A DNA stretch of 54,133 nucleotides. Origin: Dehalococcoidales bacterium. Lineage in GTDB: Bacteria; Chloroflexota; Dehalococcoidia; Dehalococcoidales; UBA2162. The notes beneath the pieces are model-generated. The model was not told the origin of the DNA. It was given only the letters and a program-made list of their open reading frames with translations, and searched no databases. Shown here in pieces: positions 19,780 through 28,847 of the stretch. Where the stretch lies: assembly GCA_034432095.1 (NCBI GenBank), contig DAOUCV010000088.1, forward strand, positions 1 through 54,133. Direction: 5' to 3'. The position numbers and the translations under genes are program-made. How positions within the stretch are numbered: the first letter of the stretch is position 1; each line of letters starts with the position of its first letter.

Positions 19780-21348
19780 ATGAGTAAGAGTATAGCGGTT
19801 ATCGGCTGTGGGTACTGGGGGAAGAACCTGGTGCGTAACTTTGCCGAGCTTGGCGCTTTGCATACTGTTTGTGATGCTGACCCTGGAGTACTGGAGAGAC
19901 TGAGGTCATCCTATCCCTGGTTAAGTACCGAGACAGAGTTCCGCAGGGTACTGAAGGACGGTTCCATAAGAGGTGTAGTTGTCTCGACCCCGGCAGCACT
20001 CCACTATTCCATGGCTAAGGAAGCATTGCTTGCAGGCAAGGACGTGTTTGTCGAAAAGCCGCTGGCGCTAAGAGTGGAAGAAGGGAAAGAACTGGTCGAA
20101 CTGGCTGAGGCAAAGCAATGCATACTGATGGTAGGGCACGTCCTCGAGTACCATCCGGCTGTAGTAAGACTGAAGGAATTGATAGATAAGGGTGAGCTGG
20201 GCAAAGTCCAGTATATCTACTCTAACCGGCTGAACCTGGGCAAATTCCGTACTGAAGAGAATATCCTCTGGAGTTTTGCCCCGCACGATATCTCGGTTAT
20301 TCTGCTGTTTCTTGGTGGTGAGATGCCCCGGGAGGTTTCCGCCCACGGCGGTTATTACCTCCATCAGGATATTGCTGATACTACCCTGACCACCCTCGCT
20401 TTTAGCCACGGGGTGAGAGCGCATATCTTTGTTAGCTGGCTTCATCCCTTTAAGGAACAAAGACTGATTGTGGTCGGTAACAAAGCCATGGCCGAGTTCA
20501 ACGATACCAATCCGCAAGAGAAGCTCTTACTATTTAGACACCAAATAGAGTGGATTGAGCAGAAGCCGGTGCCTGCCCCCAGAGAAGCGGAAGTGGTTGA
20601 TGTCTCTCTTGAAGAGCCGTTGAAGATAGAATGCCAGGACTTTCTTCACTCCGTTGAGAACCGGCAAAAGCCCAAGGTAGATGGGTATAAAGGACTTCAG
20701 GTACTAGAAATTCTATCCTGCTGTCAGCAGTCGCTCGAGGCAAAGGGTAAGATTATTGCCCTGGTCCAAGAACAGAGGGATTTCTTCATTCATGAAACCA
20801 GCATCGTGGAAGAGCCCTATGAAATTGGTGAGGGGACAAAGATATGGCACTTTTCCCACCTCATGCCCGGTGTAACCCTAGGCAAAAACTGTGTCGTTGG
20901 GCAGAATGTTTTTATCGGGAGAGGAGTGAAAATCGGTAATAACGCAAAGTTAGAAAATAATGTCTCAGTCTTTGAGGGGGTAACGCTTGAAGATGACGTT
21001 TTCTGTGGTCCGTCCTGTGTCTTCACCAATGTCATAAACCCCCGGAGTCATATTTCACGGAAGAATGAGTTCAAGCCTACTCTGGTCAGGAAAGGTGCTA
21101 CTATTGGTGCCAACGCTACCATCATCTGTGGTAACACTATTGGTCGGTATGCCTTTGTTGGTGCCGGAGCCGTAGTTACCCGAGATGTCCCCGATTATGC
21201 CCTAGTGTATGGCAATCCAGCCCAACTCCAGGGCTGGGTCTGTGAGTGTGGAGAGAGGCTTGAATTCGGTGAAGGCAAAGAAGCAGAGTGTGCCCGTTGT
21301 GGCAAGACTTTTCAGAGAAAGGGCAAGAAAACCGTCACTATTAAGTAG
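19780..21348 (+). CDS. Gfo/Idh/MocA oxidoreductase fused to hexapeptide N-acetyltransferase (WbpB-WbpD-like)
   Basis: Start moved to ATG 19780. IGCGYWG, EKP, GHVLEYHP, APHD; then WHFSH, GQNV, left-handed beta-helix repeats, FTNVINPRS, GNPA and terminal CECG...CARCG. Confidence 0.9.
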   Translation: MSKSIAVIGCGYWGKNLVRNFAELGALHTVCDADPGVLERLRSSYPWLSTETEFRRVLKDGSIRGVVVSTPAALHYSMAKEALLAGKDVFVEKPLALRVEEGKELVELAEAKQCILMVGHVLEYHPAVVRLKELIDKGELGKVQYIYSNRLNLGKFRTEENILWSFAPHDISVILLFLGGEMPREVSAHGGYYLHQDIADTTLTTLAFSHGVRAHIFVSWLHPFKEQRLIVVGNKAMAEFNDTNPQEKLLLFRHQIEWIEQKPVPAPREAEVVDVSLEEPLKIECQDFLHSVENRQKPKVDGYKGLQVLEILSCCQQSLEAKGKIIALVQEQRDFFIHETSIVEEPYEIGEGTKIWHFSHLMPGVTLGKNCVVGQNVFIGRGVKIGNNAKLENNVSVFEGVTLEDDVFCGPSCVFTNVINPRSHISRKNEFKPTLVRKGATIGANATIICGNTIGRYAFVGAGAVVTRDVPDYALVYGNPAQLQGWVCECGERLEFGEGKEAECARCGKTFQRKGKKTVTIK

Positions 21349-21354
21349 GAGAAA

Positions 21355-22479
21355 ATGAACACGCCACTGGTTGACCTAAAGGCACAATATGACTCAATAA
21401 AAGAAGAGGTTAATGAAGCCATTCAAAGGGTTCTTGATAGCGGACAATTCATCCTTGGCTCTGAGGTGAGGGCTTTTGAAGAAGAAATGGCTGCCTACTT
21501 GGGGGTAAAATATGCCGTAGGGGTTGCCTCAGGCACGGATGCTTTGCACCTGGCTCTGCTCGCCTGTGGAATTGGACCGGGTGACGAGGTAATTACCACT
21601 CCCTTCACCTTCATTGCTACCGCTGAAGCGATAACGCATTGCGGTGCTACCCCTGTCTTTGTTGACATAGACCCAAGAACCTACAACATTGACCCCAAGA
21701 TGATTGAACCAAGAATCAACAGGAAGACAAAAGCCCTTCTGCCAGTTCACCTGTACGGTCAGCCAGCGGATATGGAGGCTGTCTTGGCGTTAGCCAGAAA
21801 ACACAACCTCAGACTCATAGAAGACTGTGCTCAAGCCGTCGGGGCAGAGTATAAAGGCAAAAAAGTCGGCTCTTTTGGGAATGCCGGTTGTCTCAGCTTT
21901 TTCCCGAGTAAGAGTCTCGGTGCTTATGGAGATGGGGGAATGGTAGTAACCGATAGCCCTGAAATTGCTGAGAAAGTAGAGATGCTCCGCCGACATGGCT
22001 CTAAGGTCAGCTACTATCACCTGCTACCCGGGTTTAACAGTCGCCTTGATGCCCTGCAAGCGGCGGTCTTGAGAGTCAAACTAAGATACCTTGATGATTG
22101 GGTCAGGCTCCGTCAGCAGAAAGCCTCACTCTATACGCAACAATTAAGCCAGATAAAAGGAATTATGCCCCCGCCTCAGGAGAAGCACAGCCTGTCAACT
22201 TTTACTTATTATACCATCCGCTTGCGGGATTCCCGGATTGATAGAGGTAGATTACGCAAGCACCTGGAAGCAAAGGGTATCCAGACGATGATTTATTACC
22301 CATTGTCCCTTCATCTTCAGGATGTGTATAAATCTTTAGGGTACAGGTCTGGCGACCTTCCCGAAAGCGAGCGTGCTCAGGAGCAGGTCCTCTCCCTGCC
22401 GATATACCCCGAACTTATGGAAGAGCAAATAAAAGAAGTGGTAAATACAATAACCGAGTTTGCAGGTCAGTCATACTAG
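21355..22479 (+). CDS. DegT-family aminotransferase (WbpE-like)
   Basis: ASGTDAL, TPFTFIATAE, VHLYGQ, IEDCAQA, SFFPSK, GDGG, NSRLD, LSLPIYP; follows the WbpB-WbpD fusion. Confidence 0.9.
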   Translation: MNTPLVDLKAQYDSIKEEVNEAIQRVLDSGQFILGSEVRAFEEEMAAYLGVKYAVGVASGTDALHLALLACGIGPGDEVITTPFTFIATAEAITHCGATPVFVDIDPRTYNIDPKMIEPRINRKTKALLPVHLYGQPADMEAVLALARKHNLRLIEDCAQAVGAEYKGKKVGSFGNAGCLSFFPSKSLGAYGDGGMVVTDSPEIAEKVEMLRRHGSKVSYYHLLPGFNSRLDALQAAVLRVKLRYLDDWVRLRQQKASLYTQQLSQIKGIMPPPQEKHSLSTFTYYTIRLRDSRIDRGRLRKHLEAKGIQTMIYYPLSLHLQDVYKSLGYRSGDLPESERAQEQVLSLPIYPELMEEQIKEVVNTITEFAGQSY

Positions 22480-22520
22480 GTCCTAAAGCCAGGAATCGCA
22501 GAGACGTGCATCTCCGAGCG

Positions 22521-23456
22521 CTATCGTCTTTCTAGGAACAGGTTCACGATTTTTTCCTTCTCCTGGCATAATTTCATTAGTTCATCGATATCATTGATTT
22601 TAAGAACCCGGTTCTCCAGCGAGCGCAGTTCATCTATGGCGGTTACCGCAAACCCGTAGTCGTTCACCAATTTAGAGACGAACTCGCGTGGTGAAAACCC
22701 CATTTCCTCAATGGCTGAGGGATAGAATTCAATAAACATCTTCAAACCGGGGTTGTTTCTAATAATTCTATCCATGCCCAAAACTACCGCCATCTCCGAA
22801 CCTTCGCAGTCCATCTTGATGACATCAATCGGGTGCCCTTTGTCCTTGAAAAACTCGTCCAGGGTCACCGCTTCAACCTCAACAAAATCTCCTGATTGTT
22901 TGGTGTCAAACTGCCAGTGGTCGTGCTTCTCCCGCAAGGTATGCGCTCCAATATCAGTATGGGAGAGATACAGCTTGACTGTCCCTGACACATTGAAGAC
23001 AGCTTTTTGGACAGGGACAACATTGTCATACCCATTCAAAGACAGGTTTTTCAGAAGAACTTCGTAGTTATGTGGTTCTGGCTCGAAGGCATAAACCGTT
23101 CCCGTGGGGCCCACCAGCCTGGCGGCGAGCAAGGTGAAATAGCCAATGTTGGCACCGATATCAACTACGGTCTGCCCCTCTTTAACTGCCTGCCTAAACA
23201 GCGAGGTGGTGAGTTTCTCTTTCCCATGCGACCGAATAAAACCTCGAAAAGCAGCGCGCATCGGACCCTTGACCCGAGGGTTTAAATACATCTTGCTACC
23301 TTCAATATGCACAATGCTTTTTGTCGGCCATAGCCAGAGAAGCTCGGTAAAGAAGCGGTAGAGCGCCTTGACACCTGGAATCCGATTTGCGCCTACTTTT
23401 ATGAAAACTCTAGAAGTCTTATCAAAAGCGGAAAGCAAGGATGACCTTGCTGTCAT
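22521..23456 (-). CDS. FkbM family methyltransferase
   Basis: VVDIGANIGYF, VYAFEP, VTLD, IKMDCEGSE. Confidence 0.9.
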   Translation of the reverse strand: MTARSSLLSAFDKTSRVFIKVGANRIPGVKALYRFFTELLWLWPTKSIVHIEGSKMYLNPRVKGPMRAAFRGFIRSHGKEKLTTSLFRQAVKEGQTVVDIGANIGYFTLLAARLVGPTGTVYAFEPEPHNYEVLLKNLSLNGYDNVVPVQKAVFNVSGTVKLYLSHTDIGAHTLREKHDHWQFDTKQSGDFVEVEAVTLDEFFKDKGHPIDVIKMDCEGSEMAVVLGMDRIIRNNPGLKMFIEFYPSAIEEMGFSPREFVSKLVNDYGFAVTAIDELRSLENRVLKINDIDELMKLCQEKEKIVNLFLERR

Positions 23457-23506
23457 TTTCCCACCTCCCTAACCTAACTATTCTATTTCGGAATAGCTAA
23501 ATGCGT

Positions 23507-24262
23507 TTATCGTGCATCAGCTACAGCATATATTACTCTGTACTGAAAATTGGGTGAGTCATCAGGTATTGGTTCCGGTTGAATGGTTTCTGCCATTCCA
23601 TCTTCAATTTCTTCCTTTAGTACTGAAGTGCCGAGAAGGGAACAACTCAGGAACTCCTTAATTTTTGCCCCTTTGGGTATTAAAGCAATAGCCTTCCCTG
23701 CCCTTGCTATCACGGCGTTACGTAGCCCTGTTGCTTGTGACGCTCTGTGTATTGGGAAAGCACCAAAAAATCTGACATCAAAATGTTTACTTACCAACGT
23801 CAATAACTCAGGGACCGAAAAATAATTCCTGCTGAGTCGGCTTGGTTGGAAGTGAGGTTGGTCTTTGTTAGGTGTACAAAAAATTAATCTGCCGCCCTTT
23901 TTAAGGATACGGTGGCATTCGTCGAAGAACTTGCCCACTTGTAGATAGATGATGGTAGCCATAGCAACCACTACATCAAAGCAATTATCCCTGAATGGCA
24001 GATGATGAGCATCCAGGCGGACAAGCTCCGCCCTCTCCTCGTAATGCTGCCGGGCTAACCTCAGGTTATCCTCAGCATAATCTCCACCAATGACCCTTTC
24101 TGCCTTTCTGGACAAGTAACCCAGACCCAGTCCGGGACCACAGCCAACTTCTAACACTTGCTTACCTGAGACAAACTGAGAGACAAAATAGTAGCGACAG
24201 CAGATAATTTGCAACTGCTCCCTGGTTACCTTCATTCCTGGCATCTCGGCCTCGTAGCTCAT
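23507..24262 (-). CDS. Class I SAM-dependent methyltransferase
   Basis: VLEVGCGPG, GGDY, LDAHHLPF, FDVVV, TPN. Confidence 0.87.
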   Translation of the reverse strand: MSYEAEMPGMKVTREQLQIICCRYYFVSQFVSGKQVLEVGCGPGLGLGYLSRKAERVIGGDYAEDNLRLARQHYEERAELVRLDAHHLPFRDNCFDVVVAMATIIYLQVGKFFDECHRILKKGGRLIFCTPNKDQPHFQPSRLSRNYFSVPELLTLVSKHFDVRFFGAFPIHRASQATGLRNAVIARAGKAIALIPKGAKIKEFLSCSLLGTSVLKEEIEDGMAETIQPEPIPDDSPNFQYRVIYAVADAR

Positions 24263-24268
24263 GTTTAT

Positions 24269-25384
24269 TTACCTCTTTTTATGCTTCTCAACCAGCTCTT
24301 TATATAACTTGCCCATCTTCCCCATTTCCTTTTCCCAGTCGTTTCTCTCTAAGATTATTTCCCGGCTTATTCTGCCGAACCTCTGCCGGGTCTCCCCGTC
24401 TTTCAGCAGGTAAATAATCTTTGAGGCCAAAGCCTCAGGAGCTTTCAGTGGTACGATGAACCCATTTACTCCATCCTCAACCCACTTTCTGTTGTCTCCG
24501 AAATCGGTGATTATTACTGGCAGTCCTGAAGCCATGGCTTCGGCGGTGCTGGCAGCAAGCCCGGCATCGGAAAGTGAGGTGGAGACATAAATATCTGCTG
24601 AGGCTACATAGCGGGGAAGTTCATCCGCCGGAACTCGACCGACAAATATGACACTTTCAGCAACACCGAGGGACTGAGCTAACTGTTTTAGTAGCTCTTC
24701 CTGAGAACCCTTCTCAAGGACCAAAAATTTTGCTCTGGGAAACTCTCTCAGAACCAGGGGTACCGCCCTAATCAATGACTCTATATCATATATTGGCTCA
24801 AGGCGTCTTAGACTGATTATCACTGGTGAATCGCCAAGCCCGAGCTCCTGCCGGAGCCTTTCGTCTTTCTGCTCCGGGGTAAACCTGCGGGTATCAGTCC
24901 CAAAATAGATAACCCTGATCTTCTGTGGGTCTGCCCCCAGCTTTACCAATGGCTCCTTGATGTGCTCGGCATCACAGGTTATCAGGTCAGCCCTTTTCAG
25001 GACATACTTTACCATCCATCTTTGCATTCTTGATTTTTGGGGCAAAATCAGAACATCAGAGCCCCAGGGAGTGGCGACAAAGGGGTGGAAACCGCTGAGC
25101 GCACCCAGCAAGGACGTGTCCATAATCTGATGGACATGAATGATGTCCGGGCGTATCCTGCCGACTAGCCAGTTGAACTGGATAACCAGCGGTATGGCAT
25201 TTATCAGATAGTTGCTGGCCCGCCACTTTGGCCCGATTCTTTTCAACCGATGCACCCTGACACTGCCAATATCACCATTGCCGTCAGTCGAGGTTATCAG
25301 GTGCACTTCGTGACCATTATCGGCAAAATATTTCATCCAGCGATTGGTGTGTACGCCAGTAGAGGCAATATAACATATCTTCAT
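24269..25384 (-). CDS. Glycosyltransferase family 4
   Basis: PDIIHVH, TPWGSD, GTDT, YVSTSLSD, EAMASGLPVIITD, VNGFIVP. Confidence 0.9.
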   Translation of the reverse strand: MKICYIASTGVHTNRWMKYFADNGHEVHLITSTDGNGDIGSVRVHRLKRIGPKWRASNYLINAIPLVIQFNWLVGRIRPDIIHVHQIMDTSLLGALSGFHPFVATPWGSDVLILPQKSRMQRWMVKYVLKRADLITCDAEHIKEPLVKLGADPQKIRVIYFGTDTRRFTPEQKDERLRQELGLGDSPVIISLRRLEPIYDIESLIRAVPLVLREFPRAKFLVLEKGSQEELLKQLAQSLGVAESVIFVGRVPADELPRYVASADIYVSTSLSDAGLAASTAEAMASGLPVIITDFGDNRKWVEDGVNGFIVPLKAPEALASKIIYLLKDGETRQRFGRISREIILERNDWEKEMGKMGKLYKELVEKHKKR

Positions 25385-25388
25385 CGGC

Positions 25389-26651
25389 TCATAGAGTCCG
25401 GTAATAGAATCCTGCTTCTACCGCCTGCTTTCTATTGAAGAAGCCACGAACATCAATCAGTATCGGCCGGTCATTCATAATGCCTTTTAGTTTACCCAGG
25501 GTTATTTTCTGAAAAGCGCGATGAGCCACCGTCATAATTACAGCATCAACCTTAGGGACCCGGGTAAAGCTGGGGATGACCTTGATACCCAGTTTGTCTT
25601 CAATATCATTTTTTAGTAGGGGGTCATAGCCATAAATCTCAATTCCGTATTCCTGAAGCTCCTTGATAATCTCCTTTACCGGGGTCTCCCTGGTATCAGC
25701 GACATTCTCTTTATAGGTCAGACCCATGATGAGAACCTTTGAGTCTTTTATTACCTTATCCACGTTATTCAAGGCTTTAATGGTCATTAGAGCTATATGT
25801 TTGGGCATAGCATCGTTTATGGCTCTGCCAGCCAGGATTACCTGAGGATGGTAGCCAAGCTCCTTAGCCTTGTAGACAAGGTAGTAAGGGTCTACAGGAA
25901 TGCAGTGCCCGCCAACCAAGCCGGGGGAATACCTGTGAAAGTTCCACTTGGTGGCAGCGGTATCAAGAACATCTTTGGTATCCAGGCCTAGCCTGTCAAA
26001 GATAAATGATAGCTCATTTACCAGGGCGATATTTAAATCCCGTTGAATGTTTTCAATGACTTTAGCCGTCTCCGCCGTCTTTATATCCTTGGCTTTGAAA
26101 ATATGAGGGGTAACCTTCCGATAAAGCTCAGCCACAAGCTCAGTGGTCTCTTCATCCATGCCGGCAACCACTTTGGTTATTTTGTCAAGTGTGTGTTGCT
26201 CATCTCCCGGGTTTATCCTTTCGGGACAGTAGGCGATTTTGAAGTCCCGGCCACACCTGAGCCCAGATTCCTCAAGGATTGGCTTGACTATCTCCTCAGT
26301 AACTCCGGGGTAAACCGTGGACTCCAGAATTATGACGCTATTTTTCTTCATATTCTGGCTGACCGTGGTGGCGGCCGTCTTTACCGGGGATAAATCGGGT
26401 TCTTTTGACCTGGTCACCGGAGTCGGGACGCAGATGATAACAAAATCAGCCTGGTTTATTTCCTTGGGATTAGTAGTAAAGGTGAGGTTTTGATTGGCGT
26501 TCCGACGGTTCAGCCTCTTCACTCTGGCGGCATCTATATCAAATCCAATCACTTTAAGGCTTTTGGAGAACGCTTCAGCTAGAGGCTGTCCCACATACCC
26601 CACCCCGACGACGCATACCGTGGCTTTATTTAATCTTAACTTGTTTTTCAT
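25389..26651 (-). CDS. UDP-N-acetylhexosamine 6-dehydrogenase (WbpA/WbpO/TviB family)
   Basis: VGVGYVG, CVPTP, ESTVYPG, PERINPG, KVIENIQRD, GGHCIPVDP, GLTYKENVAD. Confidence 0.92.
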   Translation of the reverse strand: MKNKLRLNKATVCVVGVGYVGQPLAEAFSKSLKVIGFDIDAARVKRLNRRNANQNLTFTTNPKEINQADFVIICVPTPVTRSKEPDLSPVKTAATTVSQNMKKNSVIILESTVYPGVTEEIVKPILEESGLRCGRDFKIAYCPERINPGDEQHTLDKITKVVAGMDEETTELVAELYRKVTPHIFKAKDIKTAETAKVIENIQRDLNIALVNELSFIFDRLGLDTKDVLDTAATKWNFHRYSPGLVGGHCIPVDPYYLVYKAKELGYHPQVILAGRAINDAMPKHIALMTIKALNNVDKVIKDSKVLIMGLTYKENVADTRETPVKEIIKELQEYGIEIYGYDPLLKNDIEDKLGIKVIPSFTRVPKVDAVIMTVAHRAFQKITLGKLKGIMNDRPILIDVRGFFNRKQAVEAGFYYRTL

Positions 26652-27570
26652 TGAACCATCCTATCGTTTCAGCTAACCCGGCTTCTAGCCCATACTTTGG
26701 CTCATACCCAAAAGCTTTAGCTTTAGAGATATCAGCCAGGCTATGTCTTATGTCCCCGGCTCTCGGCTCCTGGTGAACGGGCTTAATGTCACAACCGATA
26801 AGCTCTATGATAAGCTTGGCTAGCTGGTTTATAGTAACACTCTCCCCGCGAGCGATATTAAATACGCCACAAGCCTCGCTCTCTGCGGCTAAGATAGTCG
26901 CTTCCACAGTGTCTTTAACGTAGGTGAAGTCTCTGGTCTGTTCGCCATCGCCAAAAATAACTGGAGAATTGCCGGCTAAAGCCCATTTTATAAACCTGGG
27001 TATAACCGCCGCATATTGAGAGGCTGGGTCCTGCCTCGGTCCATAAACATTGAAATATCTTAGGCAAACGACAGGTAATTGGTAAACTCCACCAAAAACC
27101 TGACAGTAATATTCTCCAGCGAGTTTGGTAACGGCATAAGGGGATAAGGGGTGGGGTATCATATCCTCCTTTTTGGGGAGGGTAGGGGTATCACCGTATA
27201 CCGATGAGGATGAGGCATAAATTACCTTCTTAACGTGGTGTTCCTTGGCAGCTAGGAGCACATTTAGTGTTCCGTTCACATTCACTTCGTGGGAGGCTTG
27301 AGGGTTATCAATACTTCGGGGCACACTTGAGAGAGCCGCCAGATGAAAAACAAAGTGAGCGTCTTGCAATGCCTTTTTTAGCAGGGGTAGATTTGTAATA
27401 CTCCCGCGGACAAACCGGACGTTGTCTTTCTTCAGCAGTTCCTGTATGTTTTCTATCTTCCCGGTGGACAGGTCATCGAGGATAACGACCTGGTAGCCCC
27501 GCCCTACCAGCTCCTCCGCCAGATGAGAGCCGATAAACCCCGCCCCGCCGGTGACGATTACTTTTTTCAT
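26626..27570 (-). CDS. NAD-dependent epimerase (WbpP/TviC-like UDP-HexNAc(A) 4-epimerase)
   Basis: TGGAGFIG, SVPRSI, ASSSSVYG, SPYAVTK, YFNVYGPRQDP, YAAVIP. Confidence 0.88.
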   Translation of the reverse strand: MKKVIVTGGAGFIGSHLAEELVGRGYQVVILDDLSTGKIENIQELLKKDNVRFVRGSITNLPLLKKALQDAHFVFHLAALSSVPRSIDNPQASHEVNVNGTLNVLLAAKEHHVKKVIYASSSSVYGDTPTLPKKEDMIPHPLSPYAVTKLAGEYYCQVFGGVYQLPVVCLRYFNVYGPRQDPASQYAAVIPRFIKWALAGNSPVIFGDGEQTRDFTYVKDTVEATILAAESEACGVFNIARGESVTINQLAKLIIELIGCDIKPVHQEPRAGDIRHSLADISKAKAFGYEPKYGLEAGLAETIGWFNEKQVKIK

Positions 27571-27597
27571 CTAACTATCTCTGCCAAACCTTCATCG

Positions 27598-28818
27598 TCA
27601 GGCCACTACCTGATTGAATATAGCAACTATTCTATCAGCCAGGTTCCTTCGTTCAAACTGGGATACATACTCCCATTTCGGATGAAAATTGCGAAATTCT
27701 CCTTGCTTCCACTGGCGAAAGATGTTTCTCAGTTGTTCTTTCATCTTCTCAAACTCGTATGATAGGATGAACCCGGCCTCAGCTTCTCTGACCAGTCTAG
27801 CCGCGTCACCATCCTCAGGCACAAGGGCAAGAATCGGTTTGCCGAGGCGAAGATACTCGTAGATTTTTGAAGGTATCCACTCGGCATATGGAGGCATGAC
27901 TACGAAAAGAAAATCACCCCCGGCAGCAAAGGCAAGAGCTTTTTCTCGCACCAAATGCATTACTTTAGTTAAGTGTGGCATATTTATATCCTGAAGTGCA
28001 ATCGAGCCACGCCCAATAAATACTACCTCGGCTTGCCTATCTACCTCGTTAACCGCATTAAGAAAGGTCATAATCGGTTCTCTAAACTCTGGATAGAAAC
28101 TGCCCAGGAAAACAATGGTTAGCTTATCAGGGTACAGCCGGTAGGGTTTTATCTCAGTAAAATCAGACTCGTGGTAGCCGTCGGTTACTACCTCTATCTT
28201 GTCCTTCTGGGCTGAATATAGCTGACTTAACTGTTGCTTGTGGTAAGGGTGGATAACGATAACTTTATCGGCGGACTCTACGATTTGTCTCTCCTTTTTT
28301 CGGATCCGGCGCTTCAATATCTGTCGCAAGGGAGGCACTAAGGTGTCGTCAAGAAAGCGATTAAGAAAGTCATTGCCAGTCAGCAAGTCGCCGAATTCAG
28401 CAACCCAGGGAATACTAAATTCTTTTTTGAGTTCCATAGCGACAAAATGGGCAGAGTAGGGGGCAGAATCACTGTAAATCAGGTTAACCTTTTCTTTCTG
28501 TAAGACGCTTCTCGCTTCTCTCAAAGCTGGAGAATACCAACTCTCATAGCCGTCAGGAAATTGAAAGTTCATCTTCAGCCTTCGGAGGACATATAGCCAC
28601 TCCTTAGGTAGCTCACGGTGCCCGACATGGTGAACTTCAATGTTAGCAGGGATATCCTTAAGGAGGGAGTAGTCTTTTCCATAGCTCACTGTTTCAGCCG
28701 CAGAAAGCACAACAGGTTGCCAGCCAAGCTCAGGAAGAAACCTAATGAGTCGGTGACCTCCAAACCACCCACCCATCAGTGGCGGGAAGAAATAGTCAAT
28801 GCACAGCACCTTTTTCAT
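27598..28818 (-). CDS. Glycosyltransferase family 4-like
   Basis: YFFPP, GWQPVV, DSAPYSAH, PSKIYEYLRLGKPILA. Confidence 0.83.
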   Translation of the reverse strand: MKKVLCIDYFFPPLMGGWFGGHRLIRFLPELGWQPVVLSAAETVSYGKDYSLLKDIPANIEVHHVGHRELPKEWLYVLRRLKMNFQFPDGYESWYSPALREARSVLQKEKVNLIYSDSAPYSAHFVAMELKKEFSIPWVAEFGDLLTGNDFLNRFLDDTLVPPLRQILKRRIRKKERQIVESADKVIVIHPYHKQQLSQLYSAQKDKIEVVTDGYHESDFTEIKPYRLYPDKLTIVFLGSFYPEFREPIMTFLNAVNEVDRQAEVVFIGRGSIALQDINMPHLTKVMHLVREKALAFAAGGDFLFVVMPPYAEWIPSKIYEYLRLGKPILALVPEDGDAARLVREAEAGFILSYEFEKMKEQLRNIFRQWKQGEFRNFHPKWEYVSQFERRNLADRIVAIFNQVVA

Positions 28819-28847
28819 CTGATAGATTTCCTATTTCCTCTGGTTGT

